DNA of 64,000 bases from Lingula anatina (Eukaryota > Animalia > Brachiopoda). The notes beneath the pieces were generated by a model. It searched no databases. It saw only the letters and a list, made by a program, of their open reading frames with translations, and was not told the DNA's origin. The stretch lies in the NCBI GenBank assembly GCA_051362555.1, contig CM120640.1, forward strand, positions 61,172,788 through 61,236,787, given 5' to 3'. Both the position numbers and the translations under genes were made by a program. Below are positions 38,501 through 49,773 of this stretch, piece by piece. The stretch's first letter is position 1; each line of letters begins with the position of its first letter.

Positions 38501-41500
38501 TTAACATGCCGAAGAATTGAATCTGAGGAAATGTGAAAAAACAGCATAACTTATAAAATAATGGCCCGATTATGCTGATTTTCGAACTTGACCTGCATTT
38601 TAGTAAGATTGATTACTCCTGTGAATTTCATGACAACAGGTCTATCGGTTTTCCTTGAAATGTGTTAACAGTGTTGCACATATGCTGAAAAGTGAATAAA
38701 ACAGCATAACTACTAAAATAGTGGCCCGATCATGCCGATTTTCGAACTTGTTCTGCGTTTTAGTAAGATTGATAACTCCTGTGAGTTTCATGACAACAGG
38801 CCTATCGGTTTTCCTTGAAATGTGTTAACAGTGTTGCATATATGCTAAAAAGTGAAAAAACAGGATAAATTCTACAATAATGGCCCGATCATGCTGATTT
38901 TCGAACTTGACCTGCGTTTTATGAATATTAGTCAGCTCTGTAAATATAAAGCCAAAAAGTAAAACTGTCTTTCACTTATGGTGTTAACGCTGAAAGTGCA
39001 CGGCGACGGCGACATGATCGGCGACGGCGACGGCAACGGCGACGACAGACGCAGGTGATGGCAATATGTACAGACACATCTGTGTCTGTACATAAAAATT
39101 GGCGAGACTTTTATATCGTCGTCTTGACAGCCATGTTGGCAATTGGCTCTTCTTTGAAATATTTTTGGCCAAGAAGGGCCACTCTGGCAGCCAACCTGAC
39201 ATTGAAAAAATTGCAGTGTTTTGCGCAATTCACCCACATCAGTGTGCATTGCTTGAAGGCAGCCAACACGGGGCTCTTTTAAGCAATTCACATATGTCAG
39301 GCAGAAACTAAAAATGGAAAACTGGTGTACCATGAAAATCTGACCCCACCAGTCAAAAATTAATTTTGACTCCCCCCACAAAACTTAATAAATCTTATTT
39401 TATTTGAGTACGGTAATATGCCAAACAATTCGACCAAGATTAATTAATTAATTTCAGGGAAATGTCATTTTGGTCGAATTGATTAAAACATAGCAATGGA
39501 AACCTTTAATATCGTCGGATTGTCTGGGGCATCTGAAAAACGTCCATCTTACCGGAAGTATTGCAGTTTACCCAAAGTGTTATGCAAGATAAGCCGCAAT
39601 TTTCGCTTAACACATGTTTCAGGCACGTTTTATCCTCCTTTTGAAATCTGATTTTGCTGTGTACAATATGTGCTAACATTACTTGACATTCAAACAGACG
39701 GCAGTTATAATTTCTGTCTATTTATTTTCCTCACCTACGATTAATGTCATGACAGGCTTCACAAGTGGGACAAGTATTTCCCCGGAGACAGGTGTTGTAA
39801 ACAATGCCCGGTCACTTATATTTGAAACTGGTAGCTTTAGTGGACTTAAACTAGTTATGTGATCTACGTACGCCCTATTTGAATTTTAATATGACAACTA
39901 AAATCAACTGAATTGAATTTTTTTACCAGTCTGGGATCAGTTGTTTTCAATTTGCAAGGCTTGTTCGGCATCAAGGCGTAGACATACGTACTTCCGAAGA
40001 AAATTCAATCACCCCATCAAAGAATACCAACTGGTTCTCAAACGGAATTCAGTGTAACTTTTGATTACTTTTAAGTATTTAATTTAAAAAGCATGTCATA
40101 TTAAAACATACTGAGAAAAGGCAAACTACGGAGCCTACCTGTGCCGATAGACACATCTTGCTGGCACTCTTCCGATTTTCTTACTTATATACACTCGCTG
40201 TGCACAAAATTAACGCTGCATATTGAAAACCCCACTGATACAATCCCAACGTAAAATAAGCATTTAATTGCCATAATTTTCACAAATCAGATGCATTTAT
40301 AATTTGACGTGAGAACTGAGCACACGCAGAATTGAGAGACTGGTCTTATCTGGTCTGCTCCAGCATACCTAGCACAAACCACATGTTACTGAAGAAAGTC
40401 CCATTGTGGGGGAGGGGCGTCACAGGAATGGAGTTCTTCATGGATTACTCTAAATAATATCAACATGTCATGCATCTGGGGAAATAAAAAGTTACAGGTA
40501 ATGTAAATACCCAGTGGGACTCTCTGTGAAATTTCCAAGGTGATAAGGAAGACGTCATTTTTATTGTTGACAAATCATTTATCTACGTAGGTGAACAGCT
40601 ACACGTTCGTCAGATTTTGACAGCGCGTGGTATTTGGCGCCAAGAAGTCTGGGCGGTCGATCCCGCTGATCTTTCGGTCGATTGTAGTAAATGTAAGATC
40701 TTGCGGTGTTGACTTCAAGAACGTATCCCCATCTGCATATATATTTCAATTGAACTTGAAAATAAATTGCTTATTCTTCCCAAACTTTTCATTGCTAGCA
40801 AACGCTATATATGGTCTATATGAAGGTGTTTACGACATATTCTACCCACTGTCGCTATTTGGTTTCATCCAGAACAGAACTTTTTTTAAATTATTATTAT
40901 TCAAAATGCCCCCCCCCCCCCCCCCCCCAAAGTTACGGGCATGACGAATCAGTCAGCGAGGGCAAGTCTGCTTAATTAGCACAAATTGTATGTCTATAAG
41001 CACTATTATTGTCATCGGGGACAAAGGAAATGACAGGTACTTCACGCTACCAGATTAGATCTTAAATTAATTGTTTCTTCCTCATTGACGAGAACTTTTT
41101 AAAGTACAACAATTGACAAAGGGCCGAGGCATGCAGCATTTATTTCACTGACTTGAAAATTTACCGAGTCTTGCCAACGATGTAGTCGAACAATCGGAAC
41201 AAGAAAAAAATTCTGTCGCATGATTTTGACGTATGGACTAAATGTTTGAGCCCAGAAAAATTAATATTATAATATAATTTTTTGGTCAGATTGACTGGGC
41301 CCGTCGAAATGCTTGGCACATTACCGTATATGACTTTTAACTTGTAGTATGCATAATGGAGGATACATAGGCACTTTTTGTTTGTTTGCAGGTGAAAATT
41401 TTCATGAGAAAATAAGAAAATTTAAAACGTCTATTTTACAACCCAATGACTCCTCTATGAAAAAGCTATTTATTTGATATTTGGTGATCATTTCTCCATC

Positions 41501-41966
41501 TTTCCTTTTAGTATACTTTACGAATGAAAATAAATCACAAAAAAAAAAAGAAATCTTTTCATACCAATGGGATTTGGACTTCCATGAAAAAAAGGCCCTA
41601 TTTTATATTTAGTCACCATACCATTACTTTAATTTTAATTTTATTCCATGCAGCTGCGTTCATTTTTAAACGATTAAAATGCAAGTGTCCAAAATGGATA
41701 CTGCGCAAGTGGCCCTAAGTTACGAGTTCACATCGCATCAAAACAAATGCCTGCTCCTGATGTATGCCCAATTTCGCATAAATAAAGCAATCCATAACTG
41801 AGCAAGCAAGAAAAAGTGACATTTCCTGTCTAAAATGGGTCCCGCGACGTTACTACTTGTTTTGTACTTACCAATTAACTCGTGGCAATTGCTTTGCTTT
41901 TTTCCATTGTCTTTTGCGATTTTTGCCATAGTCAAACTTCTTTTTTGTTTTTCTTGGTTTTCCCAT
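30029..41966 (-). CDS. NOP16: Nucleolar protein 16; exons 41966-41872, 34427-34319, 34152-34074, 30482-30376, 30145-30029
   Basis: Spliced protein MGKPRKTKKKFDYGKNRKRQWKK...NC|NEIRGAWDSKRSVLQNMSDMGISYDPNKTIP...|LEEQAS...YMMEKYGEDYK|AMAKDEKNYYQETPKQIRRKI matches Nop16 signatures. Introns are GT-AG and in phase. Confidence 0.96.
31090..32525 (+). mobile_element. Helentron/HINE(DINE-1)-like non-autonomous element family A, two tandem units (3' ends at about 31548 and 32525)
   Basis: The 5' end is AACTAG, a hairpin GAGGCGATACCGCCTC and the sub-terminal motif GTACCACCAGC. The 3' end is a (CGGAGC)-type microsatellite and the stem-loop GTACCGCCAGC-ATACAC-GCTGGTGGTAC. The 3' module occurs at both 31461-31548 and 32413-32525. 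Internal TGACCTT/AAGGTCA motifs. No TSD. Confidence 0.75.
36975..38140 (+). repeat. Diverged tandem array, unit about 335 bp, about 3.5 copies
   Basis: The motif CAATTTTGATGCAATATTACATAATGCTTAAC recurs near 36975, 37315, 37648 and 37983. The motif CACACCTTGAAAATGCCAA recurs with the same period. Confidence 0.8.
38535..38925 (+). repeat. 160-bp tandem repeat, about 2.5 copies
   Basis: ACAGCATAAC...GGCCCGATYATGCYGATTTTCGAACTTG...TTTCATGACAACAGG starts at 38541, 38701 and about 38860. Confidence 0.9.
39483..40274 (-). pseudogene. Probable decayed multi-exon gene for a secreted Cys-rich protein, nested in NOP16 intron 1
   Basis: Signal-peptide-like start MAIKCLFYVGIVSVGFSICSVNFVHSEC, then an in-frame TAA (40187-40185). 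Regularly spaced donors after 40139, 39927, 39735 and 39553. The spliced frame GIVYNTCLRGNTCPTCEACHDINR|RFQKEDKTCLKHVLSENCGLSCITLWVNCNTS is Cys-rich. Stops and phase breaks elsewhere. Confidence 0.4.
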
Positions 41967-42346
41967 AATTTGTAACCAACTTAAATACACGCGTTTTGTG
42001 AATTAAAAGAAAAGGGATCTGCTGAAAACAACTGCTGAAAGCCGGTTCTGAAATCTGCAACGTGCCTTCTGACTATTATGCTGAGTTAGAAACCAAGAAG
42101 TTACATATTTTCGCATTTTGTGAAATGCAAGGAATCTGCAGCAGTTATCATACATATTAAATTTTCAGAAGAAAACTAAAAGTAAAAATAATTCATATAT
42201 GTTTTTAGTTAAATATATACTGTAGATAACATACACCAAAAAGAACAGAGTCGAAAATATATACTGTAGATAACATACACCAAAAAGACAGAGTCGAAAT
42301 TTCATAACTTGTACCACGGTAACTCTACAAGTGAAAATCCTGCAAA
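41967..42346. promoter_or_regulatory. Bidirectional promoter NOP16/HIGD2A-like containing a 44-45-bp tandem duplication (42211-42299)
   Basis: Divergent ATGs 380 bp apart. AAATATATACTGTAGATAACATACACCAAAAAG(A)ACAGAGTCGAA occurs twice in tandem. Confidence 0.75.
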
Positions 42347-44502
42347 ATGGATGCAAAATCTAGGATTGCACCTAGCGATAAGAGGTTAGAAAAAGAATCA
42401 AAGGAGTATAAAAAGAGAGGCAAAGTTAAGGAAGAGTTTTTATATCTTTTTCCATCATTAGAGGACCTTGATGATGAGTACAGACCAAAAGAATATGTGT
42501 GGCATGATCCAGGGCACCGATTTGAAGAGAGTATGAAGTTATCAACGACTGAAAGAGTGAAGAGAAAGGGATTGTTGAATCCAGTCTTATCTCTTGGTAA
42601 AGCAATGGGCATTTTTTTGTGTCATTTATTTACTAAGCTCACGAGGTTTCATTAAACTTGCACTTAGTATTAAGCGTTGGGGTTGGGAGTACGCTAGAAC
42701 ATAGAAGTAGAGATGGCTAGAACGACAGTTGACGATTCTGATACGTACTTGCTTTGCTAACGCATGAAAGCAAAGAGCTCTGAAAGTGTGAATTAAAGGA
42801 CCAGTTTGTGTATTCGCCAATTTTTATTGTACCTCTCATCTTCTCAACTGCACACTCATGTAAAGCCAACCAGTTTTCATGTTAACCAAGGTGTAACACA
42901 ATTCATCTGCTTGTTAAACTAGTAGGTCCTTGTAAAATCATACACCTGCTCTCAAGGGGAGAATGGCTGAGACAAACAGGCTTCTTGTCCCAAGGAATTC
43001 ATAAGAACAAAGTCTGATATAATTGCATTGCTTATGGAACTTTAATTGAACTCCTCTGTGCAGTGTATTGCTTTCAGAAGGGGAAAATATTGCATCATTA
43101 TCATGTCAACCTACATCGCATGTTCAAAAGTAAGTTTTATTTTGGTAGGTGCCTAATTTCATAGAGATCTAACCACGCTCGGCTGTCACCTTGATTGGAT
43201 AGTAAACGATTGTCCTAATATCGCTAAATGATTTTAAAAACGGGTGCATAAAATTGAAAACCACCTAGAACAACCTTAGACTGCCACATTAATCCAAAAC
43301 AATGCAAAAATAAACTATAACAAGTGGTTAAAGCCTTCAAGCCGAATGTCGTAAAGTCCCCATATACCTCCATAGAGACAATAAAATAGAGTAAGCTTGT
43401 GAAACAAGATTCCACAAATTTAAACATAAAAATCGAAATAAAATACTGCGGGGCATCGTAGCGGCCTAAAACTTGGCACGCTTACCGCAAATGTCGCAGG
43501 CTACATCATCCCGTCGCTCGTTTGTTAATTCCGTGCATGGCATACGCACAATCAAACCGTAAATCCAAATTCCCGCTTTGACGCTTGAGTCGGTCTTCTC
43601 TAACCTCCCATTACACCGGGCTTACGAAAAAGAAGCCATGCCATTGGACAGGTATTTGTAATGCTACCTCTGCGGTTTGTGGAGAGGACCGACTCAACTG
43701 GTAAGCAAGCAGATGGATATTACCTTACTCATAGGTCTGTCGATAGGAAAACTGGTTGGCTTTACAGGAGAGTGCGAGTTGAGACAATGAAATGTTTAGG
43801 GAATTTGCCATTTCTCTTGGATTGCATGTTATTTCTTGATGCCAGAGCTCTCTTTGCCAGTGGGTCAGGAGGAGTAGCATTTCATTTCATACAGAATCCC
43901 CTTAATTAATGGATCCAAGATTAAAATCAGTGTCACGCCAGAGTGCCAGGCATGAATAATCCTTTTCTTTATGTTTTTATCTAGTGCTATTGTGGTTATT
44001 AAAAATGACATGAAAAGTACCTGATTTTACAGGGAATTTATGGATGAATGGATCTTGTACTTAGATGTCCTACATCCTGTGAAGTTAATAATACACATAT
44101 CATGTTTTGTTCCTACAAATCCTGTCATTGCTAGTTAGATATGCTACACTCTTTTGGTATTATTTAAATATTTTAAGTAATGCACTGTGTTTTTTTATTC
44201 TTTCAGCTGTTGCAGGATTACTTGGTTTAACCGGTGCCATTGTATACAACTTTTATCGTGGAAGACTAGAAGTGGCAGAGAAAATTAGAAATTATAGTAT
44301 GCATACACAGGTTCTCATAGTAGCAGCTCTTGTCTTTGGGCCAGGAACTAGTCTCTTTGTAAAGGATACAGATGGTCAATGGAGAAGACGAACTGTTGTT
44401 TCTCCTTACATGGAGAAAGGAGAATATGAAAAAATGAAAAATGAAGAGATTGACAAAGCAGACAATGGACTTGTTTTCAGTGATGATGGCTTAAAAAAGT
44501 GA
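42347..44502 (+). CDS. HIGD2A: HIG1-domain protein, HIGD2A/Rcf1-like (181 aa); exons 42347-42596, 44207-44502
   Basis: ERVKRKGLLNPVLSL|AVAGLLGLTGAIVYNFYRGR...TQVLIVAALVFG aligns with the HIG1 pattern EK..RK..ENP.VPIG...Y.F.RG...Q...VAA..G, with two TM segments. A phase-1 intron follows NPVxxx as recalled for HIGD2A. Head-to-head with NOP16. Confidence 0.75.
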
Positions 44503-46072
44503 TAGAAGGATATTTGCAGTAAATGACAGCTTTTTAAAAAAATTGATAATATGCTAACAGTTAATTGTTTGCTTTGATTATTAGTCTCAGTTTGGATTAT
44601 ATTTCATGACCATATTGCAGTGTGAGTCATATTAATTTTGAGTAATATTTTTTATGAATAGACATAATGCAGGTCTACATAAGAACTTAAATGTGTCTTC
44701 TTCAGCTTCTCTTAATTACACTTAAAATTGTTTGTTGGAAATGCCAGGTGCCTTGGATTTTTTTAAAGAGAAATCAACCCTGTATGTGTCTTGAAAAAAA
44801 ATTAACTTGAATGTCTTCACAAGGGGGATTAGCTCCAAACTGTCATGTACTTTGAGTAGGTAGATAATTTTGGAATTTTATCTCTTTTACACACAGTACA
44901 ATTAAATTGACACTTGCACAGAGTGATTATGCATCTTGGCTTTCTTTGTCCCAAATGTAAATTATAGCAGAGGGTCTGAATGAAGGACTCAAATGTGATT
45001 TCATGATGCAAAGGTTAACATACCTGTCACATGATGCATTGCAATAAACATCGTGAAGGATTTTGTCAGCTTTTATTCGCTGCTCTATAATTTCATTTAA
45101 CAAATGTTTCTACCATCTCACAAATAGAGTTTCAACATGGATCAAACTGATGTATTTTTATAGATAATTTACTATTCATAGTGTGTATTTATGAGGGCGT
45201 AATGTACTTTTGATAATCTCCAGCACATATACAACATGCCAAATGGGAAGGTGAGTGGACTTTCAGTTTGCTAGGTAGGTTTGCTTTGCAAGCAGCTTGA
45301 GATCACAAATGACAATTTTGTTCATAAGGCCCGTTCGTGTATCTAAGACTAAGAAAACCAATTTGCGATAAGTGAAAAGGAGTTCTACCCTGGTAATAAT
45401 TATATACAGACACTGAATGTCTCTATCCCATCACTGTGTCCCTATTTCCAACACATCTGTTGTTCATATGTCTAACATCTAAAAAAAGAAACCTATGATT
45501 TCTTATTAAAGATTTTAAAAAAAGTGTTACATTTTTGTTTACACCTGATAAGTCATTACAAAGGACAGGGGAGGTGCAGCATCTAAAATGGCTGGACTGG
45601 CAGTCTCACTCAATTTGTGCAATGCTTTTATGGGTTTCTCTCCGGTTTCCAAACCCGGAAAAGGTTCAAAATTGACTTCAAGCATAATTTTTTTACTTGA
45701 GGTAAACCATCTGCAAATATTCGTTTATTGTGTTGGAACTTGTGAAACAAAGTGGTATCTACAGTGAATGCTTATATTATGCTTTGGAGAAAAGCCCATT
45801 TTCACATTTTTGTTAATAAAGTCAGATCTGCACCTCACAGAAAAAAATTGTAGTTCCTTTCAGTAGGTACACACTGTCAAAAGGCTGAGCAATACCAAAG
45901 ATAACATTTTACTACTAAAGTCTATTGTGCTATCTTGTGATTTTTAGGAACACGCCTTTGTGAAAATGTATGTTTAAAAATATGCATATTCATATGTTAA
46001 AAGTCACTTGTGCCTGATAACAGTGATTTAGCAAATGCTTGTCTGTGTCCCCCTTCTTAGGGATGGGATGAG

Positions 46073-46274
46073 CAGGGCTTGACATTAGCAGTAACCTGAT
46101 AGACCAGGGCTAGTAGACTGCCAGGTTGGGCTTCCAGTTCCTGCCTGCCAATGGCTACCTATCATTTTATAGACTTAATCAACATATCTAAAAATTTGAA
46201 GCAAGAGAGAGTAGATTTTCACACCTGCTTGCCAGCCAGGGCATATGCCTGAAAATACTTTGTGCCAAACTCTG
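46073..46274. mobile_element. Degenerate hAT-like MITE
   Basis: Termini CAGGGCTTGACA ... TGCCAAACTCTG form an imperfect inverted pair of the CAGGG type. TSD not recognisable. Confidence 0.35.
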
Positions 46275-46669
46275 TTACATATATGCATATCTGTCAAAAA
46301 GGAATTGGGGCATTCAAGTTCTCAATTGAGCCTACTTGGGTACCCACCTTGGGCTAACACACCAACAGAGCTACCAGCTGTCTAAAGGTAATGTCTGGCT
46401 CTGATTGGTGTTCGACACTCTACATTTTAGCCTCACTTTACATCAGCTGATATAATTTGATATCTTGCCAAGACAAAATTGTATATTGTATATTGTATAT
46501 ATACAGTCATATTTACATGACATACATTTATAATCTGTAAAAAAAACAAATTTTGTACTTTGTGGTTTATTGAAATATAGTTTGTAACAAACACAATTGG
46601 TTTTACATATTTTTTACGTTAATGTGACACATGATAAAAGAATTAGACAACAAAGCTGGCAAATACATA

Positions 46670-47337
46670 GGCCATTCACATTAGAAAGTTAACCGCGGTC
46701 GAGTTAACTCCAATTGAATCGTGGTCAACTAAACAGATTATTTGCGTTCACACTGACACTGGCAGTGATCAGTAGCGATAGAATTTCAGCAATCGTACTT
46801 CTTGTTCAGCATGCGCTCTATTGTTCGGATAAGTAAAAATCTGACCCTTTTACAATTAAATTATTCTATTTCAGATATACGAGTTACTGCATAACTGTGA
46901 CAAAGATACTAATATTACATGTAGGCATGGTGATACAGATAACCTAAAGCCTATTTTGCGACAGACCATTTTATTCTTGGCGTTTCCTTCTAATACCTTC
47001 TAATACCTGTACCTCACTTTCCGACCATGGCGAGGAGGACCTTGACGGCATCCTCAAACCAGATACTCTTTTGCTGCTACTCGTATTCATAGTAGGCCTA
47101 CTCAAATAGCTGCGAGTATTTCTTGTGAAAAAGATGCCCACTTGTGCGCATGCTTTCCATATGTAAACATCTGGTCTTGACCGTGATTTGGAGTTAACTC
47201 CAATTTAACCCAGCTCCCTATCTGGGTTTATTTCGACCGCGGTCAGGGGTACATCGTCCGTTCACATTAGAAAAGTTAACCGCGATACGACCGAGGTCGG
47301 GCCTTGACCGCGGTTGAAAGTGCTAGTGTGAATAGCC
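46670..47337. mobile_element. Harbinger-like non-autonomous element (about 670 bp) inserted in the 5' end of a family-B HINE fragment
   Basis: TIRs GGCCATTCACATTAG / CTAGTGTGAATAGCC, with sub-terminal repeats GTTAACCGCGGTC. The flanks rejoin as GACAACAAAGCTGGCAAATACAGACAC, the family-B 5' end. TSD ambiguous (ATACA if the termini are TAGGC...GCCTA). Confidence 0.7.
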
Positions 47338-47387
47338 TAATACAGACACTAAACTCAAAAGCATTGCAATATTTACCCAAAAAATTT

Positions 47388-48905
47388 TTTTTCATGTACA
47401 GACGTGTCTGTACATAAAGCTGTCACCTGGGTCTGTCATTGTTGTGCACTTTCAGAGATAACACAATAAGTGGAAAACTTTTGTCTTCAGACTTACAAAA
47501 CTGATACACATTATATTCAATGCGAGTTACGTATGATTTTCTATGCCTTTTTCAGGAAACAAGCTACACAGATAACACATTAAGCGGCAATTGGATTGAC
47601 CCATTGTCTTCAAATTAACAGGAGTGATTACTTTTACTAACATACAACTCTAGTTGAAAAACCAACTTTTTTTTGTGAAATGTTTATTTTTCACATATTG
47701 GCATTTTCAAGGTGCTACTGAACTTCCATAAGCATGAAAACCTTTGTTAGTCACATTTTCTGAATATCTGTGATGGTGGTGATTATGCTGTTAAGCATTA
47801 TGTAATATTGCATTAGAGTTGAAGAAAACCCTACTATGGGCACTGCTGCCATAATTACATAAGGAAAACCATGTTACCTATGATTCTCAAACTTACAGAA
47901 AAGATTCGTAGGGACACACACACACACACAAAAAAAGATTGAGGTCGAAAACCTGCCTCATTGGTTTTCTTTTCTAGAGTAATGCAGTTTTTTTTTTATT
48001 TAATTTTAGCGAAAGATTATTTCTTCACATATTGGCATTTTCAATTAAACTTGCATGGGCCTGAAGAGCTTTTCTAGTGACATTTTGCGGGAATATCCAT
48101 GAATGATGATACTTGTAATATATCACTAAAAATTGGTGGTGATTATCCTGTTAAGCATTATGTAATATTGCATAAAAATTGACAAAATCCCTTATTTGGG
48201 CACTGCTGCCATATTGACAATTAAAGTAAAACCATGTTACTAGTCATCCTAAAACTTACAGAAAAAATTCATTGGACTGAAATACAGCTTGAATTGGAAA
48301 ATCAGCCCGATTGGTTTATCTTTCTGAAAGAAATGAAGTTAAAGTGAAACATTCATTTTTCACATAGTAGCGTTTTCAATGTGGGACTTAGAACTCCCAA
48401 GGCCATGAAGCTGTATGATTAGTAACATTTTCTGAATATCCATTTTACAGGGATAATTAAAAATTGATGGTGATTTTGCATTTTATCATTATGTAATATC
48501 GCATCAATATTGACTAAAATCTCTACCACCACAAATGCTGTGATTGAAAAACCATTTTACTCATTATTTTCTAACTGACAAACGATTCTTAAGATTTACT
48601 TATAACTCAAATTGGCAAACCAGCTTGATGGGATTACATTTCTTGAATTTATGCAAATTTTGGGATTTTTTCATTTTTCTCATTCTGGCATTTTCAATGT
48701 GTGAAATTGAACTTTCATGAGCATGAAACCTTATGCTAGTTATATTTACTTAACATCTGTGTTACCTGTTGTGCATATTAACATTTTGGTGTTGTTTTTG
48801 CTTTTAAGCATAATGTAATATTCCTTCCAATTGACAAAATAACATATTTTGTGTAACATTTTTTGCTTTTTTTATTTGTACATTTGACAGCTTTGCTGCC
48901 TTTTT
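47388..48905 (-). mobile_element. Second family-B Helentron/HINE-like element with the about 340-bp array, inverted relative to 36912-39099
   Basis: CATTTGACAGCTTTGCTGCC (48881-48900) is the reverse complement of the family-B 5' end. Hairpin TGTACAGACGTGTCTGTACA at 47396-47415. Array motif TTAAGCATTATGTAATATTGCA at about 47791, 48152, 48486 and 48804. Confidence 0.8.
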
Positions 48906-49473
48906 CAAAAATAATTTGATTGTGCCAATAATAGCAAGGAACCTGTTTTTTCAACTAAACAACATCAAATTTTAAGTAAATCAATATGGTTTAGCAGTAG
49001 TAGGGACATATGTTGCAGATGCTGATAGCACTGGCAATGTTGATAACATGGACAGACAATGAGCACATTCAGAACAGCAGAACAACAGATCTATGGATCA
49101 AATATGGCGGACCCACTTGAATGCTAACATAACTTCATGTTTTGCTTTATAGAGATCAGCGTGCAGTGTCCTCTCTTTATACACCTTCACATATACAATT
49201 ACATTACATTGGCTTCCCAGCCAGGCGGGTTGCCGAAGTGGTCACTTTAATTCAATTACACATATGATAGAGAAGACTTCCAGACTGAGTACTGAATGAC
49301 TTCTACTAGTGGACAATAGGCCGATAACTTAAACTGATTGATCAAGGTGAATGATATAGTTACAAGGCAGAGGACCATTCCTAAATACATTTGAGGTGGA
49401 TGTACTCGTTAATTAAAGATATGGCTTCTTGTTTAATTGAGTTGCCTAGTGTGACTCTATACAAACTCAGGCC

Positions 49474-49773
49474 TACCCAACTACCAGACTTGGCACCTAA
49501 TGATCCCAAATTCACTGGTAGATTGGACCACACTACCCATTTTCAAGGTGTGTGTCAGTACACATTTCAAAGTATCATTCCTTGGAACAAATTTTGAGCC
49601 GAGATGCACTACTTTCCAACCCCACTGAGAATCATCACTATCACATATGGCATACTAGGCAAGAGCAGTGCCCAGTCAAAGAGTGTACTGACACACACCT
49701 TGAAAACGGGTAGTGTGGTCCGATACACTGTTAAATTCAGGATCATTCAGTCCCCGAGTCTGGTAGTTGGGTA
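49474..49773. mobile_element. MITE with about 90-bp TIRs (TACCCAACTACCAGACT...AGTCTGGTAGTTGGGTA)
   Basis: Long inverted arms including ACCACACTACCC...CAAGGTGTGTGTCAGTACAC. TA at both ends (possible TA TSD). A second copy is at 55980-56202. Confidence 0.8.

Larger units (their letters stand above)
36912..39099 (+). mobile_element. Helentron/HINE-like element family B carrying about 335-bp and 160-bp tandem arrays
   Basis: 5' end AAACAAGGCAGCAAAGCTGTCAAATGTACAGACA. 3' end is (GACGGC)n followed by the stem-loop TGTACAGACA-CATCTG-TGTCTGTACA and TAAAAA. Inserted in an A-run without a TSD. Confidence 0.75.
35986..39240. mobile_element. MULE-like MITE (same family as 53327-53792) expanded by two nested insertions
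   Basis: Left TIR GGTGTGGCTGAATTGCGCAATACACTG and right TIR TTGCAGTGTTTTGCGCAATTCACCCACATC. Flanking direct repeat ACTGTGCATTG / AGTGTGCATTG. Internal pieces 35986-36116, 36851-36911 and 39100-39210 are collinear with the intact copy. Confidence 0.8.

Noticed and set aside
38535-38925. Regular repeats as a CRISPR-like array
   Set aside because: Whole 160-bp units repeat with no unique spacers. The context is a eukaryotic transposon interior.
38932-39381. 149-aa and overlapping ORFs (SPLPSPSP / VAVAVAV)
   Set aside because: These are translations of the (GACGGC)n microsatellite and MITE sequence.
39810-39816. In-frame TGA in the Cys-rich relic as possible selenocysteine
   Set aside because: Other lesions (TAA, broken acceptor) are present and no SECIS is recognisable. 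Pseudogenisation is simpler.
43150-43950. CpG-rich block and 82-aa ORF in the HIGD2A-like intron
   Set aside because: Probably TE-derived, but I could not define termini, a TSD or a protein motif.
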